DNA of 63,706 nucleotides, filler included, from an uncultured Myxococcia bacterium (GCA_964617105.1; 12 parts of 12 records of this genome joined end to end with filler, not necessarily neighbours in it); one strand, 5' to 3'; numbered from the whole stretch's first letter, positions 1 through 9,573 are shown. Translations and numbers: made by a program. Notes: generated by a model not told the origin, from the letters alone.

Positions 1-2
1 TA

Positions 3-1025
3 GAAATAATAAAAGGAGATAATGAAAAATATATTTATCGTAAGGGAGACCAATTAATAGACTTTTTTAACTCTATTGAAGGTGAAGAAATACATAATAA
101 CGATTTTTCTTATAGAGGACAATTTGCACAATTAAAACTAAAAGAATTTAATAACACTTACAAAATGAAAGGAGTTATAGAAAATTCTTTCTATCCTCTT
201 CTAGCGAAAAATAGAGAAAACGCTGAAAGTTTACTACAAGAAATCAATCAATTGTTAAAACAGGATGGATATAAACTTATAGACTCCAATACAGGACTAA
301 AAGCAGTATCTCTAGATGAAGCATTACAATTGTATAACAATGATGGAAAGAGAGTTTTTAAAGAGGGAACTTTTGGTCTATTTATTAGCCATAGAGATAA
401 TTTCAAACGCTATGCTAATGATATAAAAAAATCATTAGTAGTTTATGGCATATCTTCATTTGTTGCCCATGAAGATATTGAACCCACTACCGAATGGATT
501 AAAGAAATAGAAAAAGCATTGTTTGAAATGGATGCTTTAATTGCCTTGCTGTCAAAGGGATTCTCAGAAAGTGTATGGACAAATCAAGAGATTGGCTATG
601 CATCAGGTAGGGAAAAATTGATTTTATCAGCAAAATTTGAAGAAGATCCCCAAGGTTTTATAAGTAGATTCCAAGCGTTACCTGTCAAAAAAAATGATAT
701 AGATGGATTTTGTTTAAGTATTGTTGAAAATTTAATAAAAAATCCAATCACTAAAGAAAGGATGATTACCTCATATTTTTCTTCTATACAAAATTCGGGT
801 TCCTTTGATGAATCAAAAAAATGGGCTACATTATTACCTTACATTAATAATGTGAATGAAAACCAAATTAATCATTTAATTGATGCTTATAATAATAATT
901 CTCAGGCATACAATTGTTTTTTATTAAATGGCCAAAAAGGTGATATAGATATTGCTTCAAGAATAAATAGTTGGTTAAAAGAAAAAAAATATAAAATTGA
1001 AAATACAAAGATCGTAAAATTATGA
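3..1025 (+). CDS. TIR-domain protein with an N-terminal AbiJ-NTD-like region (5'-partial)
   Basis: The frame is open from nt 3 (EIIKGDNEKYIYRKGDQLIDFFNSI...), upstream of the listed ATG at 165. TIR_2-type motifs FISH...SFVAHEDIEP..EW..EI..AL...WTNQEIGYA include the conserved Glu. Visibly AT-rich. Stop overlaps the hsdR start (ATGA 1022-1025). Confidence 0.85.
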   Translation, partial: EIIKGDNEKYIYRKGDQLIDFFNSIEGEEIHNNDFSYRGQFAQLKLKEFNNTYKMKGVIENSFYPLLAKNRENAESLLQEINQLLKQDGYKLIDSNTGLKAVSLDEALQLYNNDGKRVFKEGTFGLFISHRDNFKRYANDIKKSLVVYGISSFVAHEDIEPTTEWIKEIEKALFEMDALIALLSKGFSESVWTNQEIGYASGREKLILSAKFEEDPQGFISRFQALPVKKNDIDGFCLSIVENLIKNPITKERMITSYFSSIQNSGSFDESKKWATLLPYINNVNENQINHLIDAYNNNSQAYNCFLLNGQKGDIDIASRINSWLKEKKYKIENTKIVKL

Positions 1026-4000
1026 ACAAAATCACCGAATCCCAAATAGAAGAACTAGCCATCGAACTGCTAGAAAAACAGAGTTATCAATATATTTACG
1101 CCCCAGATATCGCTCCGGACAGTGACTCTCCGGAAAGAGAATCCTTTGAAGAGGTTCTACTATTAGATAGGCTACGAACTGTAATAAATAGAATTAACCC
1201 CTTGATCCCTGCGGATTGTCAGGAGGATGCGATTAGGCAGATTCAGCGGATTAACTCTCCTGAATTGATTGCCAATAATGAAAAATTTCACCGCATGTTA
1301 ACTGAGGGGATAAATGTCAGTTATCAAAAAGAGGGGTCTACTAGAGGAGATCTGGTCTGGTTAATTGACTTTGAAAATCCTGAAAATAACGATTTTCTTG
1401 TGGCTAACCAGTTCACTGTTATTGAAAACAATGTTAATAAACGCCCGGATCTTATTATTTTCATCAATGGCATACCCTTGGTGGTGATTGAACTTAAGAA
1501 TCCCACTGATGAAACTGCTACTATCAAATCTGCTTTCAGGCAACTTCAAACTTACAAACAGGCTATTTCTGGGTTGTTCACTTATAACGGCATTCTGATT
1601 GTTTCCGATGGACTTGAGGCCAAGGCAGGCTCTATCTCTGCAGGCTATTCTCGCTTTATGGCCTGGAAAACCTCTGATGGCAAGGTGGAAGCCTCGCCCT
1701 TGATAGGTCAGTTGGAAACCTTAATAAAGGGCATGCTTAAAAAAGAGACGCTGCTGGATTTAATCAGCCATTTTGTGGTCTTTGAAAAGACGAAAAAAGA
1801 AGATATTAAAACCGGTATTATCACTATTGAAACTGTTAAAAAGATTGCTTACTATCACCAGTATTATGCGGTTAATAGGGCCGTGGAATCAACCTTGCGG
1901 GCATCAGGTTATTTGGAGTTACCTGAAAAAACAGGCGGCACTGATATTTTAAGAGAATCTCCTGCCAGTTACGGTTTGACAGGTGTTGATTCTCAATCCT
2001 TTCGAGATCGAAAAGGAGGGGTTGTTTGGCATACTCAAGGTAGTGGAAAATCTCTTTCCATGCTGTTTTATACAGGAAAAGTTGTGTTAACCATGGATAA
2101 TCCTACTGTAGTGGTAATTACTGATAGAAACGATCTTGATGACCAATTATTTGATACCTTTGCCGCTTCCAAACAATTGTTGCGACAGGAGCCCCTTCAG
2201 GCAGAAAATAGAGATCATTTAAAAGAACTCCTTAAAGTGGCCTCTGGTGGAGTAGTATTTACTACCATTCAAAAATTTCATCCCCAAGAGGGCAATGTTT
2301 ATGAAACCCTTTCTGAAAGAGAAAACATCGTTGTTATAGCAGACGAGGCTCACAGAACCCAATATGGCTTCAGGGCCAAGACCCTTGATGTAAAAAGCGA
2401 AACTGGCAGTGTGGTGGGCAAAAAAATAGTCTACGGCTTTGCTAAATATATGAGGGATGCTTTACCAAGAGCAACCTATCTCGGCTTTACAGGAACCCCT
2501 ATAGAGAGTTCTGATGTCAATACTCCGGCTGTATTTGGTAATTATGTCGATGTTTATGATATTGCTCAGGCTGTGGATGATGGTGCAACGGTGAGGATTT
2601 ATTATGAAAGCCGACTTGCTAAAATAAATTTAAGCGAGGAGGGGAAAGAACTAGTTGCTGAATTGGATGCAGATTTGGAGCAAGAGGAGTTAACCGAATC
2701 ACAAAAGGCAAAAACCAAATGGACTCGGCTGGAGGCCCTAATAGGTAGTAGGGAGCGCATTTCAATGGTGGCGGGTGATATTATTGCACATTTTCACCAA
2801 CGTCAGGAGATCTTTGAAGGGAAAGCCATGGTAGTAGCCATGTCCCGCCGTATTGCTGCCGAGTTATATGATGAAATAATTAAGATAAAACCTCATTGGC
2901 ATGATGATGATTTAAAAAAAGGTAATATCAAGGTTGTTATGACCTCTGCTTCTTCTGATGGACCGACGATTTCTAAACACCACACCACAAAAGATCAGCG
3001 GAGACTTTTAGCAGACAGGATGAAAGATCCGGAAGATGAATTAAAACTAGTTATTGTCCGTGATATGTGGCTGACAGGCTTTGATGTGCCTTGCCTGCAC
3101 TCACTATATATCGATAAACCCATGAGGGGTCATAATCTTATGCAAGGTATTGCCAGGGTTAATCGGGTATATAAAGATAAGCCAGGTGGTCTTGTGGTGG
3201 ACTATTTGGGAATAGCCTCAGATCTAAAAAAGGCTCTATCTTTTTATTCAGATAGTGGTGGCAAGGGAGATCCTGCCATAGTTGTGGAACAGGCTGTGCA
3301 GTTGATGCTGGAGAAATTGGAGGTCGTATCCCAAATGTTTCATGGCTTTGCCTATGAAAATTATTTCGGAGCAGATACAAGAAAAAAACTGTCCCTTATT
3401 CTAGCAGCAGAAGAGCATATCCTCTCCCTGGAAAATGGAAAAAAACGGTATATAGACGAAGTTACAGCCTTATCAAAAGCCTATGCCCTTGCTGCTTCCC
3501 ATGAACAGGCTGTGGATGTAAAAGATGAGATATCCTTTTTTCAAGCAATAAAGTCAAGATTGGCAAAATTTGACAGCAGTGGTTCTGGTAGAACAGACGA
3601 AGAGATAGAAACTGCCATCAGGCAGGTTATAGATAAGGCTTTGGTCAGCGAACAAGTAATAGATGTTTTTGATGCTGCCGGTATAAAGAAACCAGATATT
3701 TCTGTGCTCTCTGAAGAATTTCTCATGGAAGTTCAAAACATGGAGCATAAAAATGTTGCTGTAGAAGTGTTAAAGAAGTTACTAAATGATGAAATAAAAA
3801 CTAGAGCAAAAAAGAATCTGATTCAGAGTAAAACTTTGCTGGAGATGCTGGAAAAATCTATCAGAAAATATCATAACCAGATTATAACTGCCGTAGAAGT
3901 TATTGAAGAATTAATAGAACTGAGCAAAGAAATTCATAATATGGATGCAGAGCCCCAAGAAATGGGGCTGACTGATTATGAGTATTCCTTTTATACTGCT

Positions 4001-4252
4001 TTGGCTGACAATGAGAGTGCCAGAGAGGTTATGGAAAAGGATAAATTAAAGGAACTGGCTGTTGTCTTATTTGAAAGAGTTAAAACTAATGCTTCCATTG
4101 ACTGGACTATCAAAGAGAGTGTGAAGGCAAAATTAAAAGTCATTGTAAAGAGGACTCTCCGACAATTTGGATATCCTCCAGACATGCAGAAATTAGCGAC
4201 AGAAACGGTTTTGAAGCAGGCGGAACTTATTGCTGATGAGATTGTAGGATGA
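1022..4252 (+). CDS. hsdR: Type I restriction endonuclease subunit R
   Basis: 1076 aa. Nuclease motif RPDLIIFINGIPLVVIELK, Walker A HTQGSGKS, DEAH box IADEAHR, MWLTGFD and ARVNR helicase motifs, typical C-terminus IDWTIKESVKAKL. Confidence 0.97.
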   Translation: MNKITESQIEELAIELLEKQSYQYIYAPDIAPDSDSPERESFEEVLLLDRLRTVINRINPLIPADCQEDAIRQIQRINSPELIANNEKFHRMLTEGINVSYQKEGSTRGDLVWLIDFENPENNDFLVANQFTVIENNVNKRPDLIIFINGIPLVVIELKNPTDETATIKSAFRQLQTYKQAISGLFTYNGILIVSDGLEAKAGSISAGYSRFMAWKTSDGKVEASPLIGQLETLIKGMLKKETLLDLISHFVVFEKTKKEDIKTGIITIETVKKIAYYHQYYAVNRAVESTLRASGYLELPEKTGGTDILRESPASYGLTGVDSQSFRDRKGGVVWHTQGSGKSLSMLFYTGKVVLTMDNPTVVVITDRNDLDDQLFDTFAASKQLLRQEPLQAENRDHLKELLKVASGGVVFTTIQKFHPQEGNVYETLSERENIVVIADEAHRTQYGFRAKTLDVKSETGSVVGKKIVYGFAKYMRDALPRATYLGFTGTPIESSDVNTPAVFGNYVDVYDIAQAVDDGATVRIYYESRLAKINLSEEGKELVAELDADLEQEELTESQKAKTKWTRLEALIGSRERISMVAGDIIAHFHQRQEIFEGKAMVVAMSRRIAAELYDEIIKIKPHWHDDDLKKGNIKVVMTSASSDGPTISKHHTTKDQRRLLADRMKDPEDELKLVIVRDMWLTGFDVPCLHSLYIDKPMRGHNLMQGIARVNRVYKDKPGGLVVDYLGIASDLKKALSFYSDSGGKGDPAIVVEQAVQLMLEKLEVVSQMFHGFAYENYFGADTRKKLSLILAAEEHILSLENGKKRYIDEVTALSKAYALAASHEQAVDVKDEISFFQAIKSRLAKFDSSGSGRTDEEIETAIRQVIDKALVSEQVIDVFDAAGIKKPDISVLSEEFLMEVQNMEHKNVAVEVLKKLLNDEIKTRAKKNLIQSKTLLEMLEKSIRKYHNQIITAVEVIEELIELSKEIHNMDAEPQEMGLTDYEYSFYTALADNESAREVMEKDKLKELAVVLFERVKTNASIDWTIKESVKAKLKVIVKRTLRQFGYPPDMQKLATETVLKQAELIADEIVG

Positions 4253-4297
4253 GGGATAAATATGGATAGGTTAATAAAAGAAGGGGAATAATTATTG

Positions 4298-4397
4298 TAA
4301 TTGCCAACCGTCAGTGAAACACTGGTAAACAATAACTAAACGTTTTTATAGATAAAAGTTAAAAGTTATTTAAAAAGTAAATACTGAACGGCAGTTA
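4298..4397. repeat. ~100-nt imperfect palindrome between hsdR and rhuM
   Basis: TAATTGCC..CG.TCAGT pairs with ACTGA.CGGCAGTTA. Inner pairs AATAACT/AGTTATT and TTTTAT/ATAAAA. Confidence 0.55.
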
Positions 4398-4545
4398 AGA
4401 AGTGAGAGAGGGAGAAAGGTGGAAGAGGAGAGATAAAAATAGTGAATCTAATGTCTGATATCTGAATTGAAGCCCAGAGTAAAGAATGGTTGAAGAATCA
4501 CGAAAATGGCTTAATTTCAGTGGCCTGACAAAATCGAAAGAAAAT

Positions 4546-5407
4546 ATGACCATAAAACCGAACAAAAACAAAAAAATACAAAAATCCGAAAAAAAAGTGA
4601 CTTCCCTCATCCGCTCCTCGGCGGCCGAATATTTGACTTTTGTTGCTGCAACTGGAAAAGGAGGCGTTGAGGCTGTTTATGCAGATGAAAACATCTGGCT
4701 GACTCAGAAAATGATGGGAGTTCTCTATGATGTGGAAACCCATACTGTCAATTATCACCTGAAAAAAGTGTTTTCAGATAGTGAGTTGGAGGAAGATTCA
4801 GTTATTCGAAATTTTCGAATAACTGCCGCTGACGGAAAGAACTATAACACCAAACACTATAATCTCTCGGCTATTATTGCAGTTGGTTACAAGGTCAACT
4901 CCGAACGTGCCGTCCAGTTCCGCAAATGGGCGACTACTATAATTAAGGAGTACACTATCAAGGCTTATGTGATGGATGATGAGCGTATAAAAAGCGGCGG
5001 TTCTATCCTCACTGAGCAATACTTTGAAGAGCAACTGGAGCGCATCCGGGAAATACGCCTGAGCGAGCGCAAGTTTTACCAGAAGATCACCGATATCTAT
5101 GCCACGTCCATCGACTATGATGTGAGTGCTCAAGGTACAAAACGCTTTTTTGCTACGGTGCAAAATAAGCTGCACTGGGCTATTCATGGGCAGACGGCTG
5201 CCGAAGTGATCGTTGACCGGGCAGACCACCAAAAACAGAACATGGGCTTGACAACCTGGAAAGACGCTCCCAAAGGTAAAATCCAAAAATTCGATGTCAG
5301 TGTGGCCAAGAATTACTTGACTGAAAATGAAATGGCTCAACTGCAGCGGCTTGTATCAGCCTATCTGGATGTAGCGGAAGGTATGGCCCTTCGTAAAATC
5401 CCGATGA
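4546..5407 (+). CDS. rhuM: Virulence RhuM family protein (3'-partial)
   Basis: IRSSAAEYLTF, ENIWLTQKMMGVLY, YNLSAIIAVGYKVNSERAVQFRKWA, LERIREIRLSERKFYQKITDIYATSIDYD are RhuM-family motifs. Cut by the contig end. Start could be 4486 or 4546. Confidence 0.9.
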
Positions 5408-5507
5408 NNNNNNNNNNNNNNNNNNNNNNNNNNNNNNNNNNNNNNNNNNNNTTAATTAATTAANNNNNNNNNNNNNNNNNNNNNNNNNNNNNNNNNNNNN
5501 NNNNNNN
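5408..5507. other. Artificial contig linker (N-run + TTAATTAATTAA). The same linker is at 10906-11005, 16378-16477, 21836-21935, 27249-27348, 32496-32595, 37730-37829, 42944-43043, 48144-48243, 53344-53443 and 58530-58629
   Basis: Identical 100-nt spacer with stops in all six frames. Contig lengths never increase (5407, 5398, 5372, 5358, 5313, 5147, 5134, 5114, 5100, 5100, 5086, 5077). Confidence 0.99.
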
Positions 5508-5509
5508 TA

Positions 5510-5812
5510 ACAGTTTTCCCCCTACCCAAACGAAAACGATTCACCTTTGAATATGTATTACTCAAAGATTTCAACGATTCAATATCCCAGGCTCAGGAAG
5601 TGATAAAACTGTTAAAGGGTTTGCCTTACAAGATCAATCTGCTTACTTTTAACCCCTTTGCCGGCGCCCCTTTTCAGACCCCTTCTCCAGAAAGGGTTGC
5701 GCAATTCCAGCAAGTTTTTTTAACCCATAAAAAAAGCGCATTTATCAGGCAGAGCAGAGGAAAAGATATCGGCGCCGCCTGCGGCCAATTGGGGACAGGG
5801 ATAGAAACTTGA
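5510..5812 (+). CDS. rlmN: 23S rRNA m2A2503 methyltransferase RlmN, C-terminal part (5'-partial)
   Basis: FTFEYVLLKDFNDS...KINLLTFNP...IRQSRGKDIGAACGQL, the RlmN C-terminal signature with the catalytic Cys. Confidence 0.92.
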   Translation, partial: TVFPLPKRKRFTFEYVLLKDFNDSISQAQEVIKLLKGLPYKINLLTFNPFAGAPFQTPSPERVAQFQQVFLTHKKSAFIRQSRGKDIGAACGQLGTGIET

Positions 5813-6582
5813 AATACCTGGGCTCTTTTCTCTTTTTTATTTTACTTATCATCTCCTGCAAGCAGGAACAGGAGCCTGGCGCCAATTCTTTAGAGAAAAA
5901 AGCGGCACCGAAAACCTCCGGGTCTCCCCATTTGGCCAGCGACTTTAGCCGGGTGGTGGATCAGGTCAAGGAGTTAAAACAGGTGATAGCCGGCTCCAAA
6001 GAAGAGGAACTCCAGGAGGATACGACTAAAAATCCGGGCTTAAAAAGACGGCAACAGAAAGCAAATACACAAATCGCCCAACTTTTAAAGGCTAATGTCG
6101 ATAAAAATCAGGGTTCTTCCGAATCTATAATCCATTACCGCCATCTATTGGAGTGGCTACCCGAAAAATTGGGCCGATTTGTGGGAGAGGAAGGAGCCGG
6201 CCAGGTCAACTACTTTGGTGCACTTGCCATAAGTATCGCCCAAAAAAACTATCGAACCACCCGCCCTACCGGTGAAATCCTGATAAAAATTACTGATAGT
6301 GCCATCAACCAAATGGCAGCCCTGGCCTTTAAAACTGCTGTTAATTTTAAAGGCCAGGGAGATAATAGCCAAATTACCCAGGTAACTTTTAACGGTTTTA
6401 AAGGACTGCTTTTGCAAAACAGCCAGGATTCGACTCAAAAAACAATTAATATCCTGGTTGCTGATAGATTTTTTATACAAATATCCAGCCTAAATATTTC
6501 AACCCGGGAGTTAATCAAACTTTGCCATACCCTGGAACTAAAAAAAATGGCGGCTTTGGTTTTCACACACCATAAAAAGTGA
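5809..6582 (+). CDS. Hypothetical lipoprotein
   Basis: Hydrophobic leader with lipobox IISC. Start overlaps the rlmN stop. Confidence 0.75.
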   Translation: MKYLGSFLFFILLIISCKQEQEPGANSLEKKAAPKTSGSPHLASDFSRVVDQVKELKQVIAGSKEEELQEDTTKNPGLKRRQQKANTQIAQLLKANVDKNQGSSESIIHYRHLLEWLPEKLGRFVGEEGAGQVNYFGALAISIAQKNYRTTRPTGEILIKITDSAINQMAALAFKTAVNFKGQGDNSQITQVTFNGFKGLLLQNSQDSTQKTINILVADRFFIQISSLNISTRELIKLCHTLELKKMAALVFTHHKK

Positions 6583-6601
6583 TCTCTTCTAAAAATTACC
6601 A

Positions 6602-6630
6602 TTTACATTGTTTTATTTTTGTATTATTCT
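6602..6630 (+). promoter_or_regulatory. Putative sigma70 promoter for the cheX-like/response-regulator genes
   Basis: TTTACA-N17-TATTCT upstream of a GGGAG RBS and the TTG start at 6661. Confidence 0.45.
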
Positions 6631-6660
6631 ATTCGAAATTAGTTTTTTAGGGAGTGATTC

Positions 6661-7128
6661 TTGGATCAAGAACAACTAAATGCCTTTTTAGAATCCTTTA
6701 GCCAAATTCTGCCACAAGAAGTTGGTGGTCAAGTTGAGGTCGGGCAGACCTATATCAAGACCGATCTGAGTTCCGTTGCCAAAATCCGGATCTACTTCAC
6801 AATATCCGGTGATATCTCCGGGGTTATGGTTATCAGTTGCGATACAGACACCAGTCTTAACATCGAACATGATTACCGTAAAAAAAATATGGAAGATGAC
6901 CCTGATTTATCCAGCCTGGACATCTTATCTGAATTATTTAACATTATTATTGGCCGGGGGATAATGACTCTGTCGAAGCAGGATATAAAATGCACTATGA
7001 GCACCCCGAATGTTTTGGAAAATAACTGTAGTAGCAATATTTTTAACCGACAATATACCATTATCTTTTCAACACCTATCTCCTATAGTTTAGGAGAATT
7101 GGAATTTGATCTTGCCATAAAATCGTAG
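6661..7128 (+). CDS. CheX-like chemotaxis phosphatase
   Basis: ISGDISGVMVIS, catalytic E-x2-N motif SELFNIIIG, C-terminal MSTPNV...GELEFDL. Confidence 0.8.
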   Translation: MDQEQLNAFLESFSQILPQEVGGQVEVGQTYIKTDLSSVAKIRIYFTISGDISGVMVISCDTDTSLNIEHDYRKKNMEDDPDLSSLDILSELFNIIIGRGIMTLSKQDIKCTMSTPNVLENNCSSNIFNRQYTIIFSTPISYSLGELEFDLAIKS

Positions 7129-7155
7129 GAAAGAAAACGGTTAAGGAGTAATCTA

Positions 7156-7536
7156 ATGAATAATGGCAGTCCCCAAAGTAACCTCCGAATTCTGGTTATT
7201 GATGATTCCAAGGTTATCCGTAACCGGATAAAAAGGATTCTTACCAATAATCACTACCAGAATATTACTACTGCAGCCAATGGCGAAGAGGCAATGCAAA
7301 AATTTTCTGAAGTAAATCCAGAACTGGTATTGCTTGATATAATACTTCCTGACACAACAGGAATAGAACTCTTGGAGAAATTCCTGGCAACAGATCCTGA
7401 TCTGCCAGTTATTATGCTGAGTGCCATTTTAACTGATGATAATGTAAATACTGCCCTCAAACTTGGAGCAAAAACTTGCCTGGAAAAGCCTTTTCAGGAA
7501 GAAGATTTAATCTCCTGGATCAATAAGGTGGTTTAA
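7156..7536 (+). CDS. Single-domain response regulator (CheY-like)
   Basis: ILVIDDS, LVLLDIILP (phospho-Asp), MLSA, EKPF. Confidence 0.92.
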   Translation: MNNGSPQSNLRILVIDDSKVIRNRIKRILTNNHYQNITTAANGEEAMQKFSEVNPELVLLDIILPDTTGIELLEKFLATDPDLPVIMLSAILTDDNVNTALKLGAKTCLEKPFQEEDLISWINKVV

Positions 7537-7623
7537 CTCCTAAATCCTCTTAATTCGAAAACCCCATAGGTCATACAAAATGGAACAGGTATGAAAGCAT
7601 AATAATAAGGAGTATAGAGTGAT

Positions 7624-8001
7624 ATGGCTAATACAGTAAATGTAATGGTTGTAGATGATTCCATCTTGGCCAGGAATAAAATTAAAAGATATTTAAGTGC
7701 CAGTGACAAATACGATTTCCAGGTAATTACCGAAGCAGGTAATGGATTAGATGCTATTACTAAATTTAAAAAACATCAGCCTGATTTAGTGACTTTGGAT
7801 CTAGTAATGCCGGAAATGGACGGTATGAAAGCCCTGGATATTCTTATAAAAATAAAACCTGATATCAAAGTTATTGTTATCAGCAGTTCCCTTTCAAAAA
7901 ACAAGATATCTATGGCAATCCAAAAAGGAGCCAAGAATTTTTGTTTGAAACCTTTTGACCAGAGCGCTTTTTTAAAAGTCGTGGAGAACTCCTGTGAATA
8001 G
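7624..8001 (+). CDS. Single-domain response regulator (CheY-like)
   Basis: VMVVDDS, PDLVTLDLVMPEMDG, VISS, LKPF. AGGAG RBS. Confidence 0.93.
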   Translation: MANTVNVMVVDDSILARNKIKRYLSASDKYDFQVITEAGNGLDAITKFKKHQPDLVTLDLVMPEMDGMKALDILIKIKPDIKVIVISSSLSKNKISMAIQKGAKNFCLKPFDQSAFLKVVENSCE

Positions 8002-8090
8002 CGTTGTTTTTACGCTCTAATCGATCAATATTTTCTACAACTCTTTTTCAAATCCTATATACTTTGAAATATATAACCAGGGAGGAATGG

Positions 8091-8411
8091 ATGAATAATA
8101 AAAGAGACGGTGCTTTTGATAAAAGAACCTTAAGAAAAAATATGCTTCATGGAATAATTACCCAAAAAGAATACCAGGATTACCTGAATAATCTAGTAGA
8201 TTGCTCAAAAAATGCTGAGGCGATAGATCTTTGTTCCGACAAATATTTCGGAAAAATTGTAAATAAGCATGAAGAAGCCAACCTGAATCCCCAGAAAGAG
8301 GTGGACCAGGCGGAAACTATTTCAGATGCTGAACCTTCAACCGAAGTGATTCAGACAGATGAAGAAGATACCCCGGAACCGGAGCAAGATGAGTCCCAGG
8401 GAGACAGTTAG
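8091..8411 (+). CDS. Small hypothetical protein with acidic tail
   Basis: GGAGGA RBS before ATG 8091. N-terminal FDKRTLRKNMLHGIITQKEYQDYLNNLVD resembles, from memory, small conserved deltaproteobacterial proteins. Confidence 0.7.
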   Translation: MNNKRDGAFDKRTLRKNMLHGIITQKEYQDYLNNLVDCSKNAEAIDLCSDKYFGKIVNKHEEANLNPQKEVDQAETISDAEPSTEVIQTDEEDTPEPEQDESQGDS

Positions 8412-8932
8412 TGGCAAAACTAATTTTATTCGCTCTATTACTCTTTTTTTCTTTTACCGGCTGCCAGAAAGATCATTGTAAGGAACTCTCCGATTTTTTA
8501 TGTACCTGTATAAAAGATTGGAACCAGAGAGATCAATGTTACCGTTATATAGATCTGTATGATGGTTCCTTTAATCCTTCCAGGGAACAGGACAACCAAT
8601 GTAAAAAATCCCTGGATAAGTGCACCTGTCAGAAAGTTAATTCTTCTCAAAACAGTGAATGTAAATTTATGCTGGTACTAGACCAGCCTTGCACTAAGTT
8701 GCTAAAGAAACAGTGCTCCTGTTTGCGCAAAAAAGATGAGCAGGAGGAGTGTATTTCTGTTGGCTTAAAAAATATAGCGGCTCAGAAGGATGAGGGTAAA
8801 CTAGGTCCTGACCAAAAACTTAACTGTCATTATAAACTATTCTCCTGCCAGTGCGAACACCTCTGGCAAAAAGAGAAAACCGATACCAATTGTGATGTAA
8901 GTTATGCTGACCCAAAAGATTTTATTATGTAG
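8411..8932 (+). CDS. Cys-rich lipoprotein with an internally duplicated domain
   Basis: Lipobox FTGC. Two copies of C-x2-L-x3-4-CxC...C...C...CxC...C. GTG start overlaps the upstream TAG. Confidence 0.8.
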   Translation: MAKLILFALLLFFSFTGCQKDHCKELSDFLCTCIKDWNQRDQCYRYIDLYDGSFNPSREQDNQCKKSLDKCTCQKVNSSQNSECKFMLVLDQPCTKLLKKQCSCLRKKDEQEECISVGLKNIAAQKDEGKLGPDQKLNCHYKLFSCQCEHLWQKEKTDTNCDVSYADPKDFIM

Positions 8933-8972
8933 TAAATCAGGAGGCATCTCCACCAGCGACGTTGCAGGCTGG

Positions 8973-9560
8973 ATGATTCTCGGTTTTACCCTCTTTTTGA
9001 CCTTTTTGTTGTCTTGCGGCAATGAAACCGAGAGTAAAAAAGAACAGTGTAACTCTTATGCAGATTGCCCGGCTAAACAGGTTGGAAATGTTCTATGCCT
9101 GGGTTGCTCAGGTCAACCAGGGGAGGTAATCTGTATCGACCATCACTGTAGTTATGTGGATACCACTGAAGTCAATTCCGGATCATACGACCTGACTCTG
9201 GAAGTCAAAATAGATTCTCCCTATATTATCGACAGTTTGATTATGAAAATTTACCATCGACAAATGCCTGATGGCAATTTGCTCTCTTGTGATAAAATAA
9301 AACAGGACATTGTTGATGACGGGAAAAACTATTACAACCTTTTGCGGGATTGGAACGATGGTGATTTGGATTATAGTATCAGGGCAAAACGTCCAATAAC
9401 CATGTCTATCAGCCATGTCCCGTCTGGGATGTCTTTGCTGGTTATCCGGGGATACGATGAAAAAAACTATAAGGGCGGGGTAAAAGTACTGGGTTGCCAA
9501 GAGATAACGGTAATCAAAGAAACAAAGGAAAATTTAGTACTCACCTTAGAAGATATTTAA
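8973..9560 (+). CDS. Hypothetical lipoprotein with an N-terminal Cys module
   Basis: MILGFTLFLTFLLSC lipobox (more likely start than 8904). CNSYADCP...C..C...CIDHHC module. Confidence 0.7.
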   Translation: MILGFTLFLTFLLSCGNETESKKEQCNSYADCPAKQVGNVLCLGCSGQPGEVICIDHHCSYVDTTEVNSGSYDLTLEVKIDSPYIIDSLIMKIYHRQMPDGNLLSCDKIKQDIVDDGKNYYNLLRDWNDGDLDYSIRAKRPITMSISHVPSGMSLLVIRGYDEKNYKGGVKVLGCQEITVIKETKENLVLTLEDI

Positions 9561-9573
9561 ACTGGAGACTGAT

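Noticed and set aside
3-1025. TIR gene as Thoeris ThsB or a CBASS/Pycsar effector
   Set aside because: No ThsA, cyclase or STING/cNMP-binding domain is visible on the contig, and the gene is coupled to hsdR. Upstream sequence is missing, so this is not fully excluded.
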